A stretch of 57,774 nt of DNA, taken from the NCBI GenBank assembly GCA_008632985.1, contig QPGO01000113.1:188947-246720 (forward strand), in the 5' to 3' direction. Each line of letters starts with the position of its first letter. Within the stretch, counting starts at the first letter, position 1. The notes below the pieces were generated by a model. It was not told the DNA's origin and did no database searches. It worked only from the letters and a program-made list of their open reading frames with translations. Of this stretch, positions 48,344 to 57,774 are shown piece after piece. Position numbers and translations under genes: made by a program. The DNA comes from Psammoneis japonica. Taxonomy: Eukaryota.

Positions 48344-50378
48344 TTAATCGTCCTGAAATTTTGAAATATCAACGCCCCACTTTTTGGATCGTTCTGTTTG
48401 ATCTGCAGTCCCACGATCGCCGAGTCCACCGGATTTCTTCATTGCATCACGGATCGACACGTTCTTATTTGGGCCGTTTCTTGAAAAGTTATCAAAGTCG
48501 TCGTCTCCTAGCGGCAGCTCCTGACGTACTGGCTTTTTATCGGCGCCAGGATCCGGGAGCTGCTGACGAACGACTTTTTTCTTGGTAGGACCTGGATCTG
48601 GAAGCTTTTGGCGAACTGGCTTTTTCTTCTCTGTGGATTCTTCAGTTGTTTTTGGTTTCTTCTGGTTGCCAAGCAGTCGCCCAAACATGCCACTACCGGA
48701 GCCTTTATCAGAGTCTTCAACGTCGTCATCACTCATATCGTCGTCCAGCTCAGTCATGACCTCGCCAACCGACTTTGCTCTCGATGTTGTTTCTGTAGCA
48801 GGCTTTTTCGAGAAATCAGCAATACTACTACCTCCCTTTGGTGGAGGAGAGACATTGCGTCCCACCTGCATAGCTGGACTAGGAGATGGAGCTTTTGGAG
48901 GTGATGGAAGAGGAGAGTTTAGTGCCCTTAACAATTCAACTGCGTATCCTTCGTTTTGTCGACAGTGGCCTTCTCGACTGCCTGCTCACGGAGATACGAA
49001 GAAAAAGTCATATCTTCACCAGTACTTTCTGGTTGAACCCCGGGTACTTCCTGTTTAAACAAAGGTATAGAATGTAAGTATAACTCTCGCATACCATAAA
49101 CAGAAACAGCATCATTCCTACACTTACTGGTGTGTCGGGAACAATAGGTTCCGATTGAAGCAGCCTCTCCTGCGCTACCTTGCGTGCTTGCGCCTCTCGC
49201 TCTTCGGCTCTTTTCTTCTGCTTCTCCTTTCTCTCCTCATCTGCAACCATTGCTCGCTGTGCTTCCCGCTCTTCTTGCAATTTGGAGGCCCAATACGCAT
49301 CTTGCGCAGCCTGCATCTCCTGACGACGTAATTCCTCAGCTCGGAGATGCTCCTCTTCTTCCCTTTTCGCGGCAGCTTCGATTTCTTGCTTTTTCTGTAG
49401 AGCTTCCGCCTCTCGCTTTGCAATTTCATCATTTCGGATCCGTTGCATTTCTGCCATTTTCTGCAGCTGCTTTTGTCGGCTTGCTTCTTGCTGCTTTTGC
49501 AGATCTCGTTTTCGGATTTCCTCAGCACTTGCGGCAGCTTCCAGGCGAGAGCCAAGACCGGCACTTCCAGGAGGAGGAATAGGAGTAGACGGAGTGGATC
49601 CTGGAGCGTCATTGCCTTCATCGTCGTCACTTATAAACGAATCGATTGGCGCAGACGGTTCCTCAGTGGCTGTCGGGGTGACATATCCTTTGAAGCGATC
49701 AGGGTTTGTCACCATTGCTAGATACTCCCGCTTTTTCTTATCCGAGTCCAACTCTGCGCTAGATCCAGAGAAAGTGTTCTTCATAATCGAGTCCTTGGGA
49801 AAGGGAGAGGCCGATTCCTTTCTTCTATTTATCCATTTGTCACTAGACGAGGGAACCCGTTGACGTAGCGGTGTCTTTGGCATGTCGACGTTGCTAGCGG
49901 AAAGAGCTGTCTGAAGGAAACGATCCTTCTCAGCGTCAGTCATTTTCCCTGATTTGAGCCGTTTGACGCGATCTTGGACCGATTCATGTTCATAAGCCGA
50001 AATCGTGTCTGGTACTGTCACAGGATCATCGATATCCACTTTGACGGGCGTTTCTTCCTGCACCTCCGCCTCACTTGGTATCGGTGCTGGAGTATCTTTG
50101 GGGGGCAGCATGTCATCATCGCCATCTTCGTCGTCCTTGCGTTTGAGAACTTTCTTACTCAGAAAAGATCGCAGACCCATGTTTAGTGCCGTATCGCACT
50201 GTCGAGCATTTGTTTCACTTCCATGGTTGATAAGCGACGGTGCAATGCGAGGAAAGCACTTGGAAGATAAATGAGCTTTCCTCGGAGCAGCAAACGCTGA
50301 AACAGGCCTTCTAAATGACGAAGCTTCTGTCCCTGTCACAGTAAATGACAAAAATAGGAGACATGGTCTCAACTTCAT
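48344..50378 (-). CDS. Hypothetical coiled-coil protein with plastid-type presequence, at least 2 exons
   Basis: 456-aa ORF MKLRPCLLFLSFTVTGTEASSF...VSAFAAP with a charged coiled-coil; continues after an intron (about 49122-49051) into the 48344-48934 ORF. Confidence 0.6.
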
Positions 50379-50847
50379 CGTCCAGAGTACTTCCTTTTAA
50401 CAACTCAGAACAACTCCTCAACAACAACTCGCTCTTTATCTCATCCTTCTTCGCTTCATCGCCGATCCTGGAACAGATCCTGAGCTGACAGCTGGCGCCT
50501 CGCGGTTCAGTAAACACATACAGCACTTCTACTGATTCCTACGGAACGGACATGCACTCTTTATCATATACAAACAAAATATAATTTGTTTGTAATTCAA
50601 ATTAACCGTTACTTGTTGGTAATAACTTTTTTAACTTAAAGGTTAACGAAAGAATATCATGCGAAACTTCAAATGTATATTTGTATAAAATATATCGAAA
50701 CAAGCCTTGTAGTATCGTCACTCTGTACTGGTCTGATCGTCGCGCGGAAACACGCACGCGGAAGGAGCTGCCGCTGGAGCTGACCAAAAAAAATAAAAAA
50801 ACAAAAAACACCGAAAACACAAAACACCGACATAAACCGCGAGCACG

Positions 50848-52138
50848 ATGATGAGATTGTTCACCCCCTCAGCTGCATCGCGAGTGACACAAAAACTTCG
50901 GCTGCTCCGCACACGTTCATCAAATGAGAATAAGTCAGCTCTTGCAGTGACAGTTGCCGTTTGTGGGTTGATTAGCTTCTCCGTCGAGAGCAAGGAAAAG
51001 CAGACGGTTCGTCGCCAGAATTATGAGTCTTTCTCGTCATGCCGGTTGGGCGCATGCAACAAGGCTTCTTGCGAACGCGATTACTCAGAATCTGAAACAT
51101 TTAGCCAATCTGTCGAGTACCATCGGTCTTTGCTTAATGAGTATCGTCACAGATGGGATTATGGAAACCCCGAGAATCGCACACCCACTTCCACGGGCTG
51201 GCCTCGCAACGTTCCGACAGACGAAGTGATTTCGTCCCTCCAACAAGATTTATTGTACTGCAAGCGTAGTCCCAACTACAGAAGCGACGAATCATACTGC
51301 GATAATTTGCAATTCAGGATTGCTGTTTATTACGTCCAACAAATGGACGACCCCGATACTCAGAAGAAGGGACTGAAGCTTGTCCGAGATTTGGCGGAGC
51401 GAGGGCACGCAGATGGAATGTGTTACTATGGAATCATACTCAACGACGGACGTGTGGTCGGTGTGGATGCCAACCCTGATCAAGCTACTGTTTGGTGGCG
51501 TCGTTGTGTTGACATGTACAAACACGTGCCAGCTGTGTACGAGCTCGCGGTTGCGCTGTACACGGTGAAGGAGTCGCGGAGAACGAACCTCTGGCGTTTC
51601 ACTTTTTCCGAATGGCAGCCGACACTGGACATGCTGGAGCTGCATACATGCTAGGAGACTGCCTACTAGATGGCATTGGGTGCAAACGTGATCGTGCAGA
51701 GGCATTGGACTGGCTTGTTACTGCGGCAGAGTTGGGTAAGTTAGAAATGCGTGTAGATCCTTCGTTGGTATTGACAAACTCTCTGTGCCTTGCGTATCGA
51801 CTTGTCTCCTTGTTCTTATTTGACAAATCATTTGATGCTTGCCTGCTTGATTTCCTTTAGGGCATCGCGGAGCGCGATCCAGAGTAATGGCTGTCCTGGA
51901 GAAGAAAGAAGGAGAGGACTACGGGAAGTTCACGGATTCTAGTCGCCAAAGCTTGGCGGCCGACGTGGGCGAGCAGATAGCGAACAGTGAAGAAGAAATC
52001 AGTAAATGGAAAGAAGATGATGAGTCTTCAGAAGGAAAGGTGTCGATTGAAAGGAGGTTTACGATTGGAGGTGGAAGTCGAAATCCAGTAGTATTGGCAC
52101 GGAGGAAAACTGTTGTGGAAGAGAGCAGACACGCATAG
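50848..52138 (+). CDS. Sel1-repeat protein, 2 exons
   Basis: LAERGHADGMCYYG, AVYELAVALYT, AADTGHAGAAYMLGDCLLDGIG...ALDWLVTAAELGHRGA; intron 51736-51860; frameshift near 51565. Confidence 0.8.
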
Positions 52139-52499
52139 CTGATGTGTAGTTGCTCGACTTCTTTTCACTATGGCAATGAGACTCTTGAAACAATACTTTT
52201 AAGATATTCTACACTATTAGTTGCACATTTCGTTGACATCGGTGCCGATTGTACATAAATGCAAGTAGTTGATAGTGATGGGTAACGAAGGCGGTTGAGA
52301 CATGTTTTTCTGACGATTACTGTAGAATACGGCGCGAATTGAATTGTTCCAAGGAATCATCTGTAGTCTATAAAGCGAGAATTGCAAATTTTGGTTACGT
52401 GTAGGATCGTTACATTATTTTTTTTTCTTTTTGTTTCTTCAGCTGTTGAATTTTGATCGCCAACGAGATCAAGACGCCTCATTGCGATAAGAGTGCACA

Positions 52500-54200
52500 C
52501 AGCATTGAATTTTGTGATTCAATTAGTTGGTCACGACTGACTGGTTTCCCACCATCCACCACAGTGAATCACGGCATCACAAATGCCTCTTGTTGTGCAG
52601 TGGGGCAATTGTTCGCTTGATTTCCTCTCCCACAATGACACAAACCACATTGAACTCTGTGATCCAGTGAGTCGGACATGACCAACTGGTTCTTTTCAGT
52701 TGGTTGCCTCACCACAGCAAATCACAGCATCAGAGACACCTCTTGTTTTGCAGTGGAATTCTTCCACAGATCCACAAATTTGTCAGGAACAAGAAACTCC
52801 GTTCAGTCTTGCAGCAAGTTGCAATCCTTCCCTGGACCCCCCTTGTCTAAATTGCAATGGCTGGCACCCAACATGAATGGACTCTGCCACAAAATGTGCA
52901 TTGACTGGGGCAACACACCATGTGACAAATCACACAGTTGACATTTTCCCCCCAGCACACATTGTTCAAAACTCATGACACAGAACAATTAAAAAGCACA
53001 AGGTCATTTTTGTGAGATGTTTGTCCCTGGGCAATCTTTGGCTGAAAACAATGAGGCTAGACCCAATCCTTGTGCTTGGTGGCTTGCAAACATTGATGTG
53101 CACAGAGCAGAAGCAGAGTGTCTTTTTTTGACTGTTCCTTCCCAAGTGACTGCAAATGACCACATTTTGCATTTGGTTTTTACATTTTACACCCACAAAG
53201 CATGCAGTCATTGTTCAAAGATGTGTTCACTTGAATCTTGCAGTGGAAGTGTCACCATTCAAATGCTTTCTCTTTGTTGCTGCCTGTTTGGGGGGCTGCT
53301 GCTCTGTGTGAACCTGGACAGAAGAATCATCTTTGGGAGCAGCTTGGATTTAAAGACTTGAAAAGCCATGATGCAAGTCTTGTTGGTGTCAAAAAGTTGA
53401 CTGGCTTGCTTCAATGTGACAAAGTTGAGAAAGGCAAAGAGTGCACATCCATTGGAGAGTGGAGCATCGCCGCCAATGACAACAAAGAATGGCGCAGCAA
53501 ACAAGAGAAAAAGAGAGGCTTGCACAACAGCTGATGCTGCAAATGATGTGCTTGACATTGACTGGTCAACTTTCAAGTTGTGAGAGCTTCAGTGTGATTG
53601 TGCTTCAATGTGATTGCATTTTGAAGGCTTGGACAGAGTGTGGGGTTGTCCACATGCCAGAGGTTTTGCACAGCCTTTGCAAGCACGGGATGGCGGCAAA
53701 GCCTGCAGCAGGGTTTGCACACAAAAAGCAGCCCTGATGTTCTGGTGCTGTTGTGCCAGAGTAGATTGGTGCAGAGCTTGGGAATGTGTGTCCAAACACA
53801 TTTGTTGAAGAACATCGGTGTGTGTGCAGCATCAGGTGTGCGAAGCCAGGAGAGCGCACGTGCAGGGAGTTGGCAAAAGATCTTTCACTCACTTCAGTTT
53901 CTTGTTTGATCAAATTGATTGTGGGCCGGCTGGGGCTTTGATCAAAGAAAGGCCCCACGGATTTTGTGGAACTCACTGCCTCCACAGATGAGCTCTGTCT
54001 TGCTCTGCTCTCCCCAGGAAAACTGAGAAACAAAAATCATGTTGACGAGGAGACTGACAAGAAAAAAGAAACCACTGGTCCTTTTTTGGAACACCGTGGA
54101 CTGTGCACACCAAATCACTCTTCAAAGTTATTTCTTTACACAGCAACACAATGTCGCCTGTCGTAACAACGAACACTCGCGCCTCGCCAGCACAGGGGAG
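52500..54200. mobile_element. Second TpA/CpG-depleted island, unidentified decayed element
   Basis: Fewer than about 10 TA by eye in the core 1.6 kb and few CG; Cys/His-rich nonsense ORFs; no family motif recognised. Confidence 0.55.
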
Positions 54201-54324
54201 CATGTTGTGAGTTGTTCAAGGATTTTCATGTCCATCGATGTTGCTGGATGCGTGATGCGTGCTTCCGCGTACAGTACATGCCTTTCGTAATGGTAGAAGC
54301 AGTAAGGACGGGACGCGTAGAATT

Positions 54325-54336
54325 TTTGGCGCGAAA
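54325..54336. promoter_or_regulatory. Overlapping double E2F site upstream of RFC3
   Basis: TTTGGCGCGAAA, the reverse complement of the classic TTTCGCGCCAAA, about 200 bp upstream of a replication-factor ATG. Confidence 0.55.
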
Positions 54337-54539
54337 GTGACGCCGGCTAGCTAGAGACGGATAGGGCTAGAGTTGGAAGTTGGAAAATTTCAGAGATTTG
54401 CGTGCCTCCGCCTGCATACCGTACACTGCTGTCTGCTGTTCATGCTTATTAGGCGATCCGTTGCTGTGCTGTGGTTGTTGCCGTGTTTTTTATGCTGTTT
54501 TCCTTCTAAGCTCTGAAGTCGCTTGCTTATTGTTTCATC

Positions 54540-55693
54540 ATGCTTTGGGTAGATAAACACCGTCCGTCTAAGCTCTCTCAGTTGACACACAATGACAACA
54601 CGACCGAGCGTCTCGAATCGCTTGCTTCCAACAAGGCTACAATGCCTCACTTATTTTTCTACGGCCCTCCCGGAGCTGGAAAAAAGACACGCATCATGGC
54701 TTTACTTCGCGAAATTTACGGTCCCGGAGCAGAGCGCCTTCGTTTGGAGAAGCGCAGTTTCACAACGCCCACGAAACGCGTCGTTGAAATCAACATGATC
54801 TCAAGCAATTATCATATCGAAATCAGTCCGGGAGACGCTGGGTTGAACGATCGCTACGTCGTTCAAGAAGTCATTAAGGAAATGGCTTCGAACAAGAGCT
54901 TACTTGCAGGGAGGGGAAGAAGCCGGATTTCAAAGTGGTGGTATTATCTGAGGTTGATCGGCTCAGTCGACAGCTCAGGCGGCGTTGCGGCGAACCATGG
55001 AGAAGTATGCAAGTACCTGCCGTTTGATACTCTGTTGCAATAGTCAGAGTCAGGTCATTGAACCGGTGAGGAGTCGATGCCTTGGTATCCGAGTTGCGGC
55101 GCCGACTCATGACAATGTGAGTGGATCCTGTTTCTTGTATGCTACCTTATGTCGTAATTTCGATATCCTTACACACCTCTTCTCTGTTTTCTGTTACAGA
55201 TTTGTTCCGTTTTGAAGAACGTTGCATCCAAAGAGAATATTACTCTTCCCGACGGGTTGGCCATCAACATTGCTCGAGAATCGAGCCGTAATCTCCGTCG
55301 CGCCGTGCTCATGTTGGAGGCTTGCCACGTTCAGCGGCGAGACGCTGGAGCGCTCTCCGAAGATCAACCGGTGCAAAAGACGGATTGGGAGTTGTACATT
55401 TCGCAACTTGCGGCCGAAGTACCAGGGAACAGACACCTCAACGTCTCATGGCGGCCAGAGAGAAATTGTACGAATTGCTCATCAACTGTATTCCTGCTGA
55501 TATCATCATCAAGACTCTCGCAAAGGAACTTATGAAGAATCTAGATGACAGTCTCAAGCTGGAGGTTTTGGAGTGGGCGGCCTTTTATGAACACAGGATT
55601 GCCACGGGGAGCAAGGATATCTTTCATCTTGAAGCATTCCTTGCGAAATTTATGGCCATTTACAAAAAGTACTTGAACGACTTGTTTGGTTGA
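54540..55693 (+). CDS. RFC3: Replication factor C small subunit (human RFC3 / yeast Rfc5 type), 2 exons
   Basis: [76 protein letters not shown]; intron 55117-55199; small frameshifts. Confidence 0.92.
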
Positions 55694-55718
55694 GTGTAGC
55701 AGTACCGGTATGTAGTGC

Positions 55719-57041
55719 CTAAGCGGTATTAATTACAATCTTTCCGACACTCTTGCCACTTTGAATCAAGTTGTGTGCGTCGGCAATTTGGTCCATGTTC
55801 ATTTCAACAACACGTGGGCACCGAAGCTTTCCTTGCTCTAGCCACTCACAGATTTGATCAAAAAGTTCCGTCACAATCTCCTTCTCTTCGGCGAAAAACG
55901 ATAGATTGAATCCCATGACTGATTTGTTACTGACCGTCAAGTCCATTGGGTCAAACCGGGGCATGGAAGACATCTTTCTGCCCATACGGATCCATTCGAG
56001 AGGTGATAGCATGGCTCTTCCAAGAGGAAGGTTACTGTGAAAGCCAAAGACAATTAGCCGTCCCGTTGGAGTCAGGTGATTGTATGAATCCGAAAGCGTC
56101 GAAACGCCATTAGCATCCATGATTGCAGCATATCCCGTTGGTGATATCTCTCGTGCCTTCTCCCATAGAGGCTCTTGGCTCTTATCAATTACGATATCGC
56201 ACCCCAGCATTTTGGCCTCCTCCACCTTGGCAGTCGATCCAACGACACCTACAATTGGCGAGAGACCAAGGATTTTCGACATTTGCACCATCATACTTCC
56301 AACACCTCCAGCAGCAGAATGGATCAGAATGGCCTTGTTGATGTGTTTGTTTGGACGTGGGTAGTGACCCGCGAGGCTCAACGCATACAAGGCCGTGAGC
56401 GAAACCGCAGGTAGAGCCGCCGCTTGTGCAACTGTCAAGCCCTTAGGAATCTTTCGCACTTGAATCTTTGGAACTAGAACACGTGAGCTGTAGGCTCCAA
56501 ATAGAGTACAACCGAAGACACGATCTCCAACTTTCCAATCCTGATTACCGCCAGTCTCTCCTGAACCGACACTCTCGATAGTCCCTGCAATGTCGAATCC
56601 TGGGACAATCGGGTAACCGACAAACTTCTTTGCGCTCTCATAAAGACCCCATCTAATGGTACAGTCGGCATAGTTGATAGAGAAAGCCTCGTTTTTAAGA
56701 ATTACGCAGTCAGATGGAACTTCCTGCGAAACCTTCGACGGAGAATAAGGCGACGGACCAACGTCTGGTAGGTTGTATCCCATGGTACACACACCGTGTT
56801 TCAATGAAACTAGACGCAGCTGCTCCATTCCACCGGGACGACCAATGGAGATACATTTCGTCAATGAAGATGTCTTTGAATCAGTAGTAGATCCAACCTC
56901 TTCCTCGTCGCATGCGGGAAGCAACCGCGGCAGGTACGAGGGGAACAAGGTCGAAACGAACCACGAGACAACATTGCCCCACATGGCTAAAAGAACCTCG
57001 GGGTTTTGTCCCAGGATTGTCCATTTCTTACTTTCTGGCAT
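55719..57041 (-). CDS. VAT1-like medium-chain (quinone) oxidoreductase
   Basis: INYADC..RWGLY, PIVPGFDIAG, ILIHSAAGGVGS, GRLIVFG, NKSVMGFNL, AHNLIQSGKSVGKIV; start assumed at MPESKKW. Confidence 0.85.
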   Translation of the reverse strand: MPESKKWTILGQNPEVLLAMWGNVVSWFVSTLFPSYLPRLLPACDEEEVGSTTDSKTSSLTKCISIGRPGGMEQLRLVSLKHGVCTMGYNLPDVGPSPYSPSKVSQEVPSDCVILKNEAFSINYADCTIRWGLYESAKKFVGYPIVPGFDIAGTIESVGSGETGGNQDWKVGDRVFGCTLFGAYSSRVLVPKIQVRKIPKGLTVAQAAALPAVSLTALYALSLAGHYPRPNKHINKAILIHSAAGGVGSMMVQMSKILGLSPIVGVVGSTAKVEEAKMLGCDIVIDKSQEPLWEKAREISPTGYAAIMDANGVSTLSDSYNHLTPTGRLIVFGFHSNLPLGRAMLSPLEWIRMGRKMSSMPRFDPMDLTVSNKSVMGFNLSFFAEEKEIVTELFDQICEWLEQGKLRCPRVVEMNMDQIADAHNLIQSGKSVGKIVINTA

Positions 57042-57774
57042 GATGAACGTCAATGAAAGATTGACTGTCTCTTTGGGTTGCAGAATTGGAGGTACACCTG
57101 TGAAGAGACAAAGGAAAACGAGAGTGACGACGACGATACGCTGGATTTTGGGTTTGGTAATAAGACGTGGCGCGTGGCGCCCACGAGTCAGTCGTGCGTC
57201 GCGTTGCGCGACCCCTCTTGGCGGGAAAAAACGAAAACTGTGAAGCAATTTTCTACTCTCTACTCTATGGGGCTACGACTAGCATAAAATGCAATATGAT
57301 ATAATCATTGACAAATAAAAAACATTGATATGATATAATAATGACGTATATACAAGAATGTTGAATGACTGCATATGACTTTTTGTGTAAGATTTGTACT
57401 GTTCTACGCACTTAACGAACAAAATGCTGAGGCAATACATAGAATGACTATTCTTAAGTACGAATTCAAATGAAGGTCATGCCCACGCCCGCCACGCCAT
57501 TTTATCAAACATACGAGCATATATGAAGTATTATTCAAAGACGGAGTTGACAAACGGAGTATCGACGGTTGAATGTGTAACATCTACAAAAACATCTAAA
57601 TAGTTGAAAAGTATGGACTTTTGTGAGACATTTGTATATGTAACACATGTAAAACCTGCTATTTATTTTGGCAAGAACCGTTATCATTAAATAAAGGGAT
57701 ACATAAAATCCAATACAAAATGTCTGACCGGTATAACAGGTACGTTTATGCTAGTCGTAGCCTCATACTCTACT

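Noticed and set aside
57250..57774. AT-rich terminal stretch as a mobile element end
   Set aside because: No terminal repeat, ORF or match elsewhere in the window; cannot be classified without flanking sequence.

Overview
Eukaryotic nuclear DNA, most likely from a diatom. Evidence: short GT-AG introns, bipartite plastid-targeting presequences with a Phe after the signal-peptide cleavage site, and diatom-type gene and transposon families. Gene-dense segments (1-21.5 kb, 37-52.2 kb, 54.5-57 kb) encode tandem zeta-toxin-like P-loop kinases, tocopherol cyclase, TM9SF, a GT34-GH47 fusion, a Gon7-like protein, SAC3/GANP, BUB3, RNase II, a CRTISO-like enzyme, EPSP synthase, a Sel1 protein, RFC3 and a VAT1-like reductase. 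There is an assembly gap, and many single-base frameshifts in conserved genes look like sequencing error. A transposon island (21.7-36.8 kb) holds a young Gypsy LTR element plus copia-gag, piggyBac-like and probable MULE remnants; a second small island lies at 52.5-54.2 kb. The most striking signal: TE DNA is almost stripped of TpA, and in the older parts of CpG, with both converging on TpG/CpA. LTR-LTR differences and Tyr-to-Cys/His changes in conserved transposase motifs point to a repeat-targeted TA>TG/CA hypermutation, opposite in direction to fungal RIP. All counts and homology calls were made by eye and need computational confirmation.
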